A stretch of 64,000 nt of DNA from Candidatus Levyibacteriota bacterium (GCA_963722305.1 CAVRKE010000002.1:315878-379877); one strand, 5' to 3'; positions 1-8,667 are shown, numbered from the stretch's first letter. Made by a program: numbers and translations. Notes: a model not told the origin generated them from the letters alone.

Positions 1-205
1 CAACAATAGCCAACGGATTGTCAAGCTTTTATTTACCAAAACATAAATACTGAGCGTAGCCCGAGCTGCGCGAGGTCTTGAGTGAAGCTTGAGAGAAGCG
101 AAATCCTGAGCGGATGCGAAGTACTGAATTATTGAACGTACTGAGCGCAGACGAAGGAGAAATAGTTTACCTACCGACTGCACCACGGGAGATCGTGAAA
201 ATAGC

Positions 206-240
206 TTGACACTACTTCTCAAATTATATACGATTTATCT
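206..240 (+). promoter_or_regulatory. Candidate sigma70-like promoter: TTGACA at 206-211, TACGAT/TATATA -10-like at 225-234; ATG at 252
   Basis: Seen in sequence: exact TTGACA hexamer followed 13-17 nt later by an AT-rich TAnnnT element, just upstream of the first CDS. No strong Shine-Dalgarno sequence. Confidence 0.3.
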
Positions 241-251
241 ATCAAAGTATT

Positions 252-1436
252 ATGTCTGGTAAAAAGATTTTAGCGATCGGTTTTATTCTGGTTCTTTTGG
301 TGGCAATTCCTGTAACTGTTTATCTTGTCCAGCAGCAACAACGGACAAAAACCAACGCGGTGGCGGCCACAACGCTTAGCTTAACCCCTCCCCACAACCC
401 AATTACGCAAGGAAACCCGGTTACATTAACAGTGCATGTTGACCCCGGTACCAATCAGGTTTCATTTGTTAAATTTACGATTACTTATGATCCAAGCAAG
501 TTATCGGTTGTAGACAACAGCTTTAAAGTTCTCCCGATAAATGAATCCGATGGGAAAACCTATACACCCCACCTGCTTCAAGGGCCAATTTATAGCAACG
601 GCTCAATTGCGGCAACGATTTCTGTCGGACAAGAGGTACAATATGTGATCCAGAATCCAACCGATATTGCTTCGGTTACTTTTGATACTACCAATTTAAC
701 CGATACCACTACGGTTAGCATCGATACGACAAAATCCCAAGTTATGGCCATTGGCTTAACTGCTCAATTTAACGAAAACGTTCTGCTCACTGCTGAACCT
801 GCCGATATCACTGTCGGCACAAACATTACCGATACTCCAACCGACACACCAACCCCAACCGGGCAGCCAACCGATACACCAACGCCAACCGGGCAGCCAA
901 CCGATACACCAACGCCAACCGGGCAGCCAACCGACACGCCAACCCCAACCACTCAACAAACAAACGCCACCGGACCAACCTGTTCAAGTTTAAGCATTAA
1001 TCCCTCAACCAACGGAACCACTCCTTTTACGGTTAATTTGACGGCAACCGGACAAGACAATGCTTCCACCATCAGTAAAGTTACCTTTGATTTTGGTGAC
1101 GGACAAACTCAGGATATAACCAACTCGTCAGGCATCGGCACTAATTCGATTAGCGTTCTGCAATCTCATATTTACAATAATGCCGGAAATTATACTGCCA
1201 CAGCGGTTTTGACTGACGCCGCAGGCAGTGTCAGCCCGATAGGCAATTGCAGCCTAGCAATCAGCGTCAGCAGCACAATTGCATCATCAGGCACTACAAC
1301 AACCAATGTTTCAAATACCGTCGTTACCGAAACACCGGCCCCACTTGCACCAACAGGCCCAAGTCAACTGGTGACGGTTGGGTCAATCGGGGCAATCCTT
1401 ACCGTAATTGGAGCCGTACTACTTTTGGCTCTCTAA
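252..1436 (+). CDS. Secreted/cell-surface protein: N-terminal signal/TM helix, 4x PTDTPTPTGQ linker, PKD-like domain (TVNLTATG...FDFGDGQTQ...HIYNNAGNYTATAVLTD), C-terminal LAPTG motif + hydrophobic anchor
   Basis: ORF track. PKD signature FDFGDG and HxY..G.YT..V.TD seen in the translation. The tail ...PAPLAPTGPSQLVTVGSIGAILTVIGAVLLLAL resembles a sortase sorting signal. Confidence 0.6.
   Translation: MSGKKILAIGFILVLLVAIPVTVYLVQQQQRTKTNAVAATTLSLTPPHNPITQGNPVTLTVHVDPGTNQVSFVKFTITYDPSKLSVVDNSFKVLPINESDGKTYTPHLLQGPIYSNGSIAATISVGQEVQYVIQNPTDIASVTFDTTNLTDTTTVSIDTTKSQVMAIGLTAQFNENVLLTAEPADITVGTNITDTPTDTPTPTGQPTDTPTPTGQPTDTPTPTGQPTDTPTPTTQQTNATGPTCSSLSINPSTNGTTPFTVNLTATGQDNASTISKVTFDFGDGQTQDITNSSGIGTNSISVLQSHIYNNAGNYTATAVLTDAAGSVSPIGNCSLAISVSSTIASSGTTTTNVSNTVVTETPAPLAPTGPSQLVTVGSIGAILTVIGAVLLLAL
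829..955 (+). repeat. Roughly 4 tandem copies of a 30-nt unit (ccgatacaccaacgccaaccgggcagccaa) encoding PTDTPTPTGQ, inside the surface-protein gene
   Basis: Seen in sequence: near-identical 30-mers at 841-870, 871-900 and 901-930, with partial copies flanking. Confidence 0.85.
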
Positions 1437-3175
1437 CTTTGCAGCATTGACAGCAGCGCTTTCTGGGGAATTTCCACTTTCGAAACACTAATCATTCGCG
1501 ATTTACCTTTTTTTTGTGCTTCCAAAAGCTTATCTTTTCTGGTTCTGTCTCCACCTGACATTTTTGCCAAAACATCTTTCCTAAAAGGCGGAATCTCCGT
1601 CCGTGCCAAAATTTTTGCCCCAATTGCCGCCTGAATGATCTGCCGAAACTGTTGCTTCGGAAGATGTTGCTTCAGTTTATCAACTTTCTCTCTGGCCACA
1701 TACTCCGCTTCATCTTTATAAACAAGCTCCGCTAAAACATCAATCGGATTATCGTTGATAAGAATATCCATTTTCACCAAATTAGCCTGCCTAAAGCCGT
1801 TAATTTCGTAGTCAAGGCTGGCAAAACCCTGCGAAACGCTTTTCAGCTCGGAAGACAATCCCCGAATAAACATTGAGTATGGCATGTCATATTTTAAAAC
1901 CGCATTTTGTTTGTGGTATGCAATGTCCACAAGGCTGCCTTTTTTATTTTGCGCTACCGTCATTACCGCTCCGACATAAGTCGAGGGCACAAAAATCGTC
2001 AAAGCCATATACGGTTCGGAAATTATCCCTTCTTCTTCCTTGTATAAAACTCTGGGCATCGTCAAAAGGGGCTCTATCCCACTCTCCTGTTTTAACCGCT
2101 CTTTAACAATCTCTGCATGCAATAATCCCAAAAAACCAACCCTAAATCCGCTGCCCAAAAAGGCCGAATATTCATTAGCCACCGTCATTGAGCCGTCATT
2201 TAAAGACAATTTTGAGATGGCCTCCCGCAGATGAACGTATTCATTGGCAGTTTTTGGATAGACACCGAAAAAAACCATCGGTTTTGGAATTTGGTAACCT
2301 GCCAGCGGTTGAACACTTGAGATTTGAGATTTGAGATTTGAGATTTGCGTGATGGTGTCTCCAACCCTGGTTTTTCTGATATCTTTTATGCCGGTGACAA
2401 TGTAACCGATTTCTCCGGCAGTCAGTATGTCTTTGGCAACCAAAAACGGTGAAAAAAATCCGACTTCCGCAACATCAATTTTTGTTTTATTCTGGATAAA
2501 TTCAATTTTGTCGTGTTTTTTGACACTGCCGTCAACCAGTTTTGTAAAAATTACTACTCCCCTGTGCTCATCAAAAACCGCATCAAAAACCAATCCCCGA
2601 AGCACAGCATTTTCGTTAACGTTTGGCGGAGGAATTTTTTGAATAACCGCCTCAAGCAGCTCTTCGGCGTTTTCGCCGGTCTTGGCCGAAACATAATAAA
2701 TCTCTTCTTCCTTAAAACCAAACATTTCAATTAAGTCTTTTTTTACTTCTTCCGGTTTCGCTGTCGGAAGGTCGATTTTATTAATCGCCGGGATTAGCAC
2801 CAAACCCTCCTTTTTTGCAGAATTGAAATGCGCCACTGTCTGAGCCTGAATTCCTTTCGTGGCATCAACTAACAGTATCGCTCCCTCGCATGCGGCTAAT
2901 GTTCTGGAAACTTCATAGGAAAAGTCCATATGCCCCGGCGTATCAATCAGGTCAAGAACATAATCCTCCCCGTTGACTGCATATTTCATTCTCACCGGAG
3001 CAAGCTTGATAGTTATTCCCCTTTCTCTGGAAATCGGATTTTGGTCCAAAAATTGCTCCTGCAATTTATCTTTCTGAACAGTCCCGGTAATTTCCAAAAA
3101 CCTGTCCGCCAAGGTTGACTTACCGTGGTCAATGTGGGCAATAATGGCAAAATTTCGAATGTTTTTATAAGACAT
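1433..3175 (-). CDS. lepA: Elongation factor 4 (LepA), translational GTPase
   Basis: N-terminus NIRNFAIIAHIDHGKSTLADR (G1/P-loop), DTPGH, NKIDL. 580 aa. C-terminal LepA-specific region aligns with E. coli LepA (GDT[IL]T ... KLSLND ... GFLGLLH). Confidence 0.95.
   Translation of the reverse strand: MSYKNIRNFAIIAHIDHGKSTLADRFLEITGTVQKDKLQEQFLDQNPISRERGITIKLAPVRMKYAVNGEDYVLDLIDTPGHMDFSYEVSRTLAACEGAILLVDATKGIQAQTVAHFNSAKKEGLVLIPAINKIDLPTAKPEEVKKDLIEMFGFKEEEIYYVSAKTGENAEELLEAVIQKIPPPNVNENAVLRGLVFDAVFDEHRGVVIFTKLVDGSVKKHDKIEFIQNKTKIDVAEVGFFSPFLVAKDILTAGEIGYIVTGIKDIRKTRVGDTITQISNLKSQISSVQPLAGYQIPKPMVFFGVYPKTANEYVHLREAISKLSLNDGSMTVANEYSAFLGSGFRVGFLGLLHAEIVKERLKQESGIEPLLTMPRVLYKEEEGIISEPYMALTIFVPSTYVGAVMTVAQNKKGSLVDIAYHKQNAVLKYDMPYSMFIRGLSSELKSVSQGFASLDYEINGFRQANLVKMDILINDNPIDVLAELVYKDEAEYVAREKVDKLKQHLPKQQFRQIIQAAIGAKILARTEIPPFRKDVLAKMSGGDRTRKDKLLEAQKKGKSRMISVSKVEIPQKALLSMLQS
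2318..2347. repeat. Heptanucleotide microsatellite (tgagatt)x4 inside lepA; on the coding strand it encodes QISNLKSQIS
   Basis: Seen in sequence: tgagatttgagatttgagatttgagatt. The unit length is not a multiple of 3. Confidence 0.8.
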
Positions 3176-3186
3176 GTGTGGTTATT

Positions 3187-4854
3187 CTAAGGGTTAACAT
3201 GGCTTGCGTCAATCGTTTCTTCGCTACCTTTAAGAATTTGTCTCCAATCGCCCACCTTTTTAAACATTAAAATAAACATTTCAGCCTCTTTGACATCAAA
3301 CAGCCAGGTCAGGAAAAGATAAAGTAAAAGACCGATTGAACTGGAAATTCCGGTCAGTAAAATTAAATTAACAGTTTTCGTTGTATCAAACACTAATTGA
3401 TCTAAAAGCTTTATGGGAATATATAAAGCAAAGGCAGTAAAAAATGTTGCCAGAAAAATTTTGGAAACCGTGATTAAAAGCGGACGTTTGTTAAATCCTC
3501 CAACTTTTAAGTCAAGAAAAATAAATAAGACCAAAAAGTTAATAATCGAAGCAATTGAATAAGCAATTGCAATACCACCGACTCCTGCATGATAAAGGAA
3601 GATAAAACCGGCACCCATCAAGACCATCAAAGCCGTTGTTATTGCACCTATAATTAACGGCGTTCTTGTATCATGCAGCGCATAAAAACCTCTGGAAACT
3701 AGATATACTAGGGCTTGAGCAAAAATCGAAATACTAAAGAATGCCAGCGTTCTACCTGTTAAAACAGTAGCCGTCCAATCAAATTGTTCGGCTCCAAAGA
3801 TAAGTCTAACTATCGGAATTCTTAAAACCAGCAGCAACACCGAAACCGGCAGGACTAAATATAACATTTGGTTAAAACTGGTGATAAAAGTCACCTTAAA
3901 ATCCTCCAGCCGTTCTCTTTCTTTTGACAGAACTGGGAAAGCGGCCTGCGCTATTGCTTGTCCGAAGAGAGCAACTGGCGCAAAGGCAAGAGTTTGAGCG
4001 TAATCAAAGATTAGATAGTTTCTGCCTGGATTCTGTAAAAAAGAAACGAGTGTTACAATGATGATTGTTCCCAGTTGAAATACTGCAATCGAAATTGTTC
4101 TGGGCCAGATAAGTTTTAAAACATTTAATACACCCAAAGATTTAATTGACGTTAACGAAAGAGAAGGTTTAAAGGAAAAACCCATTTTTTTAGCCAATGG
4201 GATTTGAGCCAGAACGAATAACAGGGCTCCTATAACTACACCATAGGCGGCAGAATAGATTCCCCAGAACGACGAAAACAACACAATGCCGATAATTATT
4301 CCAAGATTATATAGCGCAGCTGCAAAACCGGGAATAAAAAAACGATTATATGATTGTAAGATTGCCGAAAGGAAACTACCAATGATAAAAAGTATCTCTC
4401 CAAAAATTACAATTCTGGTAAGATTAGTAAGTAAATCTATCTCTCCTTTTGAAAAACCCGGAGCCATAAGAGTTGAAAACTGTCTGGCGAAAATAAAAAG
4501 AATCAACGAGAAAAAAGCAAAAATTCCCAGACTTAAAAAAAGTAGTGTCGATGCAACCTTATGACCTTCATCTTCTTTGCCTTTAACGATATATTCCGAA
4601 AAAACCGGTATAAAGGCTGAGGATAAAGCACCCGCTATTAAAATTTGGAACAAAAAATCCGGCAATCTGGTAGACGCTAAGAAAATTCCGGAAGTATTTG
4701 AAGCGCCAAAAATAGCAACTAAAAGTCTTTGCCCGATAAGGCCCAAAACCTGCGAAAAGATAATCGTTGCCATGATTACGAAAGCCGCTGATAAAATGTT
4801 ATTTTGTCGTCTTAAAAGGAGGCTAATACCCTTCTTTAAAAAATCCTTTGGCAT
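3187..4854 (-). CDS. murJ: Lipid II flippase MurJ/MviN (MOP superfamily, ~14 TM)
   Basis: 555-aa polytopic membrane protein with a MurJ-like N-terminus (NILSAAFVIMATIIFSQVLGLIGQRLLVAIFGAS) and MurJ-like length/topology. Sits beside other envelope genes. Confidence 0.85.
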   Translation of the reverse strand: MPKDFLKKGISLLLRRQNNILSAAFVIMATIIFSQVLGLIGQRLLVAIFGASNTSGIFLASTRLPDFLFQILIAGALSSAFIPVFSEYIVKGKEDEGHKVASTLLFLSLGIFAFFSLILFIFARQFSTLMAPGFSKGEIDLLTNLTRIVIFGEILFIIGSFLSAILQSYNRFFIPGFAAALYNLGIIIGIVLFSSFWGIYSAAYGVVIGALLFVLAQIPLAKKMGFSFKPSLSLTSIKSLGVLNVLKLIWPRTISIAVFQLGTIIIVTLVSFLQNPGRNYLIFDYAQTLAFAPVALFGQAIAQAAFPVLSKERERLEDFKVTFITSFNQMLYLVLPVSVLLLVLRIPIVRLIFGAEQFDWTATVLTGRTLAFFSISIFAQALVYLVSRGFYALHDTRTPLIIGAITTALMVLMGAGFIFLYHAGVGGIAIAYSIASIINFLVLFIFLDLKVGGFNKRPLLITVSKIFLATFFTAFALYIPIKLLDQLVFDTTKTVNLILLTGISSSIGLLLYLFLTWLFDVKEAEMFILMFKKVGDWRQILKGSEETIDASHVNP

Positions 4855-4897
4855 ATATTGTGTTGTTTTTTACAGTATAGCATGCTAAAATAGCCGC

Positions 4898-5200
4898 ATG
4901 CCAGTCATAAAATCAGCTAAGAAAAAGCTAAGACAAGACAGAAAACGGGAAATAGTAAATAATCTTTTAAGAAAAGAGCTTAAAGACGCCATCAAAGGCG
5001 CACAAAAAACAAAAACCGCGGAAAAAGTCAGAAAAGCGGTTGTACTGGTAGACAAAGCAGTAAAAAGAAACTTAATCCACAAAAATAAAGCCGCCAGAAT
5101 TAAATCAAGACTGAGTAAGCTCGGAAAGCCCGCTGCAAAAGCCAAAGTCGCAACACCAAAAACAAAATCAGCCACTAAAAAGAAAACCCCGAAGAAATAA
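4898..5200 (+). CDS. rpsT: 30S ribosomal protein S20
   Basis: 100-aa highly basic protein starting MPVIKSAKKKLRQDRKR..., with KAVKRNLIHKNKAAR motifs typical of bS20. Confidence 0.9.
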   Translation: MPVIKSAKKKLRQDRKREIVNNLLRKELKDAIKGAQKTKTAEKVRKAVVLVDKAVKRNLIHKNKAARIKSRLSKLGKPAAKAKVATPKTKSATKKKTPKK

Positions 5201-5217
5201 ATCGCCCTGAAGTCCTT

Positions 5218-5553
5218 TTACTCCCAACTATGGCCAAGCTGGGTGAGGATAAGCCACACTTTTACTTCCCCGAGCTGCGGATACTCGGCTTTGATGTACT
5301 TTTGAGCATCCAGGCATATTTGGTCTTGCTTTTTTACTCTTTCCCCAAAAGCAAATGCAGTTATCTCAACTTCTACCACTCCTATCATGCCTGCTCCTTT
5401 CGTTTCAACCAATCTTACGCTTATGTCACCCTCTGTTAGCTTAATGTCTCCACAGGTAAGTTTCTCGGCAAGATAAGGTTTTAGTTTTAAGGCCAGCTCC
5501 CCTAAATCCTTCTTTTGTTCTTCTTTTGTGTAAAAAATGTTGGCTGTGGGCAT
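5218..5553 (-). CDS. Tautomerase-superfamily-like small protein (DUF1904-like). The likely start is the internal Met giving an N-terminal MPTANIF... (Pro-1)
   Basis: The ORF track gives 5218..5598. The internal Met at 5553 yields the Met-Pro N-terminus characteristic of tautomerase-fold proteins. Assignment rests on weak family resemblance only. Confidence 0.35.
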   Translation of the reverse strand: MPTANIFYTKEEQKKDLGELALKLKPYLAEKLTCGDIKLTEGDISVRLVETKGAGMIGVVEVEITAFAFGERVKKQDQICLDAQKYIKAEYPQLGEVKVWLILTQLGHSWE

Positions 5554-5650
5554 ACTATCTTGATTATAGCAAAACGAGGTCAATCTGTTACACGGCAATT
5601 ACCGGTCCGCAAATTTAAATATGTTTATAAAAACGCTCTCGTTTCTGCTT

Positions 5651-5685
5651 TGACAAACTTAAAAAAAACACTTAGACTAATCCTA
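5651..5685 (+). promoter_or_regulatory. Candidate promoter for the pilN-pilO operon: TTGACA (5651-5656) - 17 nt - TAGACT
   Basis: Seen in sequence, upstream of the ATG at 5688. Confidence 0.3.
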
Positions 5686-5687
5686 GT

Positions 5688-6254
5688 ATGGCGAAATCTT
5701 CCGCTTCGATAAATCTGTTGCGAAACGAAAATAAAGAAACTTTTGAACATATCATTGATTGGGCGGTAACCATCGGCAGAATACTGGTGATTGTAGTTGA
5801 GTTGGCAGCGCTGGCGGCTTTTCTTTACCGTTTTACGCTTGATAACAAGCTCCAGGATTTACAAACAGAAATCACGCAGAGACAAGCAATTGTGGCCTAT
5901 CAAAAAGACAGTGAAAACACCTACCGAAATCTCCAGCAAAGACTGTCAATTGCAGCTTCTTTTGGTAAAGTTGGCCAGCAAGATTTAAAAATACTTAAAG
6001 ATATTTTATCTTTTGCCCCGGATGGCTTCGCCTTTACATCTGTCGCCTTTGCTCCGGATAGAATGCAAGTTGAAGCAAACGTTAATTCCATTATCCCTTT
6101 AAGTATTTTTATCAATAAATTAAAGTCTTATCCTTTAATCGACACCGTCAGTTTAGACAAAATTGAGAATAAAACATCAAGTTCGGTCATTACTGTCGGA
6201 ATATCGACAACCTTTAAACAGCAAGGAGGAACAAATGCAAATTCCAACAATTAA
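5688..6254 (+). CDS. pilN: Type IV pilus assembly protein PilN-like (bitopic, N-in)
   Basis: N-terminal SINLL motif before a single TM helix (INLLP is characteristic of PilN), then a ~140-aa extracytoplasmic domain. Followed by an overlapping PilO-like gene. Confidence 0.6.
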   Translation: MAKSSASINLLRNENKETFEHIIDWAVTIGRILVIVVELAALAAFLYRFTLDNKLQDLQTEITQRQAIVAYQKDSENTYRNLQQRLSIAASFGKVGQQDLKILKDILSFAPDGFAFTSVAFAPDRMQVEANVNSIIPLSIFINKLKSYPLIDTVSLDKIENKTSSSVITVGISTTFKQQGGTNANSNN

Positions 6255-6882
6255 AAACTTACTTAGTGAAGCAAACAAACAACAGTATTCAAAATATCTG
6301 GCACTGATGCCGGATCTTAGACAGGAAAAGGCAAAGAAATTTACTACCATAGTGCTTACTTTAATTACCTCTATCATTCTTGGTCTTTTTGCAATCAGCC
6401 CGACTCTTTCCACTATCGCCAATTTGCAAAAACAAATTAATGATGACCAATTTGTTGATCAAAAACTGCAGGAAAAAATAAATGACCTTACTACCTTACA
6501 ACAGAATTATGCGGATATCCAAAATGATTTACCTGTAATCTATGCCGCAATCCCCAACTCAACCCAAATTCCCATTTTGGTTGGTGAAATACAATCTATT
6601 GCACAAGATTCCAGCTTAAAACTTGACAGTTTTCAAACGTATGAGGTTGATCTTTCAAAACCAACAAGTAAAAATTATTCTTCTTTTGATTTTGGGTTTT
6701 CCGGCGAAGGGACTTATCAGGACGTTATGAACTTCATGGATAAGCTGGTAAATTTTCAAAGAATAATTACCATTAGCAACGCTTCGATTTCCAAACAAAC
6801 CGACCAAAATTCCAACGAGCAAAATACCAACAGCGACAATTTACAGTTAAACATTAGAGGAACAGTATTTTTTAAACCGTAA
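6235..6882 (+). CDS. pilO: Type IV pilus assembly protein PilO-like. Start chosen at the ATG at 6235, which is preceded by AGGAGGA; the ORF track begins at 6163
   Basis: Coiled-coil N-terminus, a single TM helix (FTTIVLTLITSIILGLFAI) and a periplasmic domain. A strong SD (aggagga) sits 5 nt upstream of the ATG at 6235. The frame overlaps the pilN 3' end. Confidence 0.5.
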   Translation: MQIPTIKNLLSEANKQQYSKYLALMPDLRQEKAKKFTTIVLTLITSIILGLFAISPTLSTIANLQKQINDDQFVDQKLQEKINDLTTLQQNYADIQNDLPVIYAAIPNSTQIPILVGEIQSIAQDSSLKLDSFQTYEVDLSKPTSKNYSSFDFGFSGEGTYQDVMNFMDKLVNFQRIITISNASISKQTDQNSNEQNTNSDNLQLNIRGTVFFKP

Positions 6883-6886
6883 ATAT

Positions 6887-7234
6887 ATGAAGAAAAACGA
6901 TATCTTATCAATACTTATCCCATTATTCATATTTGTCATTGCCTGGATTGTGTTCAGTGTTCATCACAGTATTGTTACATCTACTATTTCCCAAACTTTA
7001 AATATGCAAATTAGCCCAATATCGCCAAGTTTTGACACAAATACGGTAGCCGCGCTTAAAAATAGACAAAATGTTACTCCTATTTACGACCTTACTGTCC
7101 CCGCTGGGAGCATCGTTACTCCCGCAACCCCATCTGCCCAAGTCACACCCACTCCAACTCCTACTGTGGCCATCCAGCCGGTTAGCTCAGGTAGCGCAAG
7201 TCAAGCAACATCTGGAGGGAGTTTATCGCAATGA
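6887..7234 (+). CDS. Small membrane-anchored protein with a Pro/Thr-rich tail; its stop overlaps the next start (ATGA)
   Basis: ORF track. N-terminal TM helix (ILSILIPLFIFVIAWIVF). No recognisable domain. Confidence 0.4.
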   Translation: MKKNDILSILIPLFIFVIAWIVFSVHHSIVTSTISQTLNMQISPISPSFDTNTVAALKNRQNVTPIYDLTVPAGSIVTPATPSAQVTPTPTPTVAIQPVSSGSASQATSGGSLSQ

Positions 7235-8667
7235 GAAAAAGTTTCTGGAACAAAAAAATTCCAACCCTGCTTGGACTGCTCCTTATTACAATCGGTATTG
7301 GCATCACAACCTTTTTAGTAAACGAGGGTGCAATATTTAAATCTAATGCCAGCACAACCGAACAGCCGCAAAATGTGCGAATCACCAATATCACGGATAG
7401 CTCTTTTTCCGTCTCATATGCGACCGAAGACTTGGTAATCGGTTCTTTAAATTATGGTAACGATAATAAACTGGGGAAATCGGCGCTTGATGACAGAGAC
7501 CAGCAAAGCGGAAATTTAACGACACATAAAATTCACAATATTACAGTCAGAAATCTTAATGCCCAGACAACATATTATTTTTCCATTACCAGCGGGCAAA
7601 ATAATTATCTTAACGGAAACCAACTGTTTGCGGTTACCACCGGCTCAACTCTTTCGGGAACCCCCCCCAAGCAAAACCCGATCAGCGGTAAAGTGATACT
7701 CTCCGATGGAAGCCCACCGAAAGAGGCCATTATCTATTTTACTGCCGATAACTCTCAAGTTGTTTCAACTTTGGTAAAAGCAGATGGCTCTTATATTCTT
7801 CCTTTAAATTCGCTGCGCACCAGCGATTATTCAGCCTATTATAATTTTTCACCCGCTATAAATTTAAAAATGTTAGTTTACGGGGATTCTTTAACTTCAA
7901 ACGTTTCTTTATCTCTTAATCAAACCAGCCCTGTTCCCACCATTATCCTTTCCAAAGATTATGATTTTAGAAATGGCCAGTCTCCAAGTACTTCTGCTCC
8001 CCAAACGTCAGCAAGTTTTCCCTCTTTTTCCAGCACATCATCGGGAACATTGAAAATATTAACTCCGCAAAAAGATCAAGGGTTTACGGACCAGCAACCT
8101 CTGTTTAGAGGAACCGGCCAACCAAACCAAAGTGTTAAAATAATTATCCATTCCGCTCAAATTGTCCAAGGCATTGTCAATACAGATCAAAACGGAATTT
8201 GGAATTTTAGACCTACTAGCACTCTCTCTCCCGGTACGCACACCATCACCGTTCAAACTGAAGACTCTTCCGGAATTTTACAAACTCTAACTCAGTCCTT
8301 CGTTGTTTATGCGGCCGGCCAGCAAATTAATCCTCCGGCTCCATCACCCACCTCAACTCCTACTCCCACACCTGTTTTAATTTCAAAAATTACGCCAACT
8401 CCAACAGTTTCGCCGACCCCTACTCCAACTGTGGTACCAACCATTGCTTTTGTATCCTCTATCTCTCAAACGCCAACACCAACGCCAACACAAATACCGA
8501 CATCAACACCGACAACAAAAGGCGGTATCATTATTAGCCCAACCCAAAAACTATTGTCTCCAACAGGTAATCCCTCTATAATGACAGCGGGAATTGTAGG
8601 CGCTGTTATTAGCCTGGTTGGTGGCCTCCTTTTCCTTCTGACCCGCGGGAGCATTCAAGCATTATGA
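7231..8667 (+). CDS. Large cell-surface protein: N-terminal TM/signal, FN3/Ig-like beta domains, PT-rich linker, C-terminal LSPTG + TM anchor
   Basis: ORF track. Tail ...KLLSPTGNPSIMTAGIVGAVISLVGGLLFLLTRGSIQAL. PT-rich segment PTPTPVLISKITPTPTVSPTPTPTVVPT. Confidence 0.55.
   Translation: MRKSFWNKKIPTLLGLLLITIGIGITTFLVNEGAIFKSNASTTEQPQNVRITNITDSSFSVSYATEDLVIGSLNYGNDNKLGKSALDDRDQQSGNLTTHKIHNITVRNLNAQTTYYFSITSGQNNYLNGNQLFAVTTGSTLSGTPPKQNPISGKVILSDGSPPKEAIIYFTADNSQVVSTLVKADGSYILPLNSLRTSDYSAYYNFSPAINLKMLVYGDSLTSNVSLSLNQTSPVPTIILSKDYDFRNGQSPSTSAPQTSASFPSFSSTSSGTLKILTPQKDQGFTDQQPLFRGTGQPNQSVKIIIHSAQIVQGIVNTDQNGIWNFRPTSTLSPGTHTITVQTEDSSGILQTLTQSFVVYAAGQQINPPAPSPTSTPTPTPVLISKITPTPTVSPTPTPTVVPTIAFVSSISQTPTPTPTQIPTSTPTTKGGIIISPTQKLLSPTGNPSIMTAGIVGAVISLVGGLLFLLTRGSIQAL

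Noticed and set aside
1-200. Open minus-strand frame running off the left edge (about 66 codons; possible TTG/GTG start near 220)
   Set aside because: No ATG, Arg/Ser/Leu-rich translation typical of a random open frame in a GC-richer block, and it would place a gene start inside the neighbouring promoter. Kept only as a note in a finding.
756-959. Minus-strand ORFs 756..959 and 764..952 (Gly/Trp/Val-rich repeats)
   Set aside because: They are antisense shadows of the PTDTPTPTGQ tandem repeat in the + strand surface-protein gene. Their repetitive low-complexity translation mirrors the repeat.
2318-2347. Possibility that the lepA heptamer repeat marks an insertion or pseudogenisation
   Set aside because: Alignment by eye with E. 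coli LepA shows the same segment length between GDT[IL]T and the V/IKP motif, and the frame is intact across the repeat.
1873-3118. Short + strand ORFs inside lepA (1873..2106, 2040..2234, 2427..2642, 2513..2734, 2930..3118)
   Set aside because: Entirely contained within the strongly supported lepA CDS on the opposite strand, with no motifs of their own.
4286-4888. Plus-strand ORFs 4286..4564 and 4577..4888 and minus ORF 4885..5175
   Set aside because: Antisense to murJ and to rpsT respectively. Lys/Ile-rich or hydrophobic low-complexity products typical of shadow frames.
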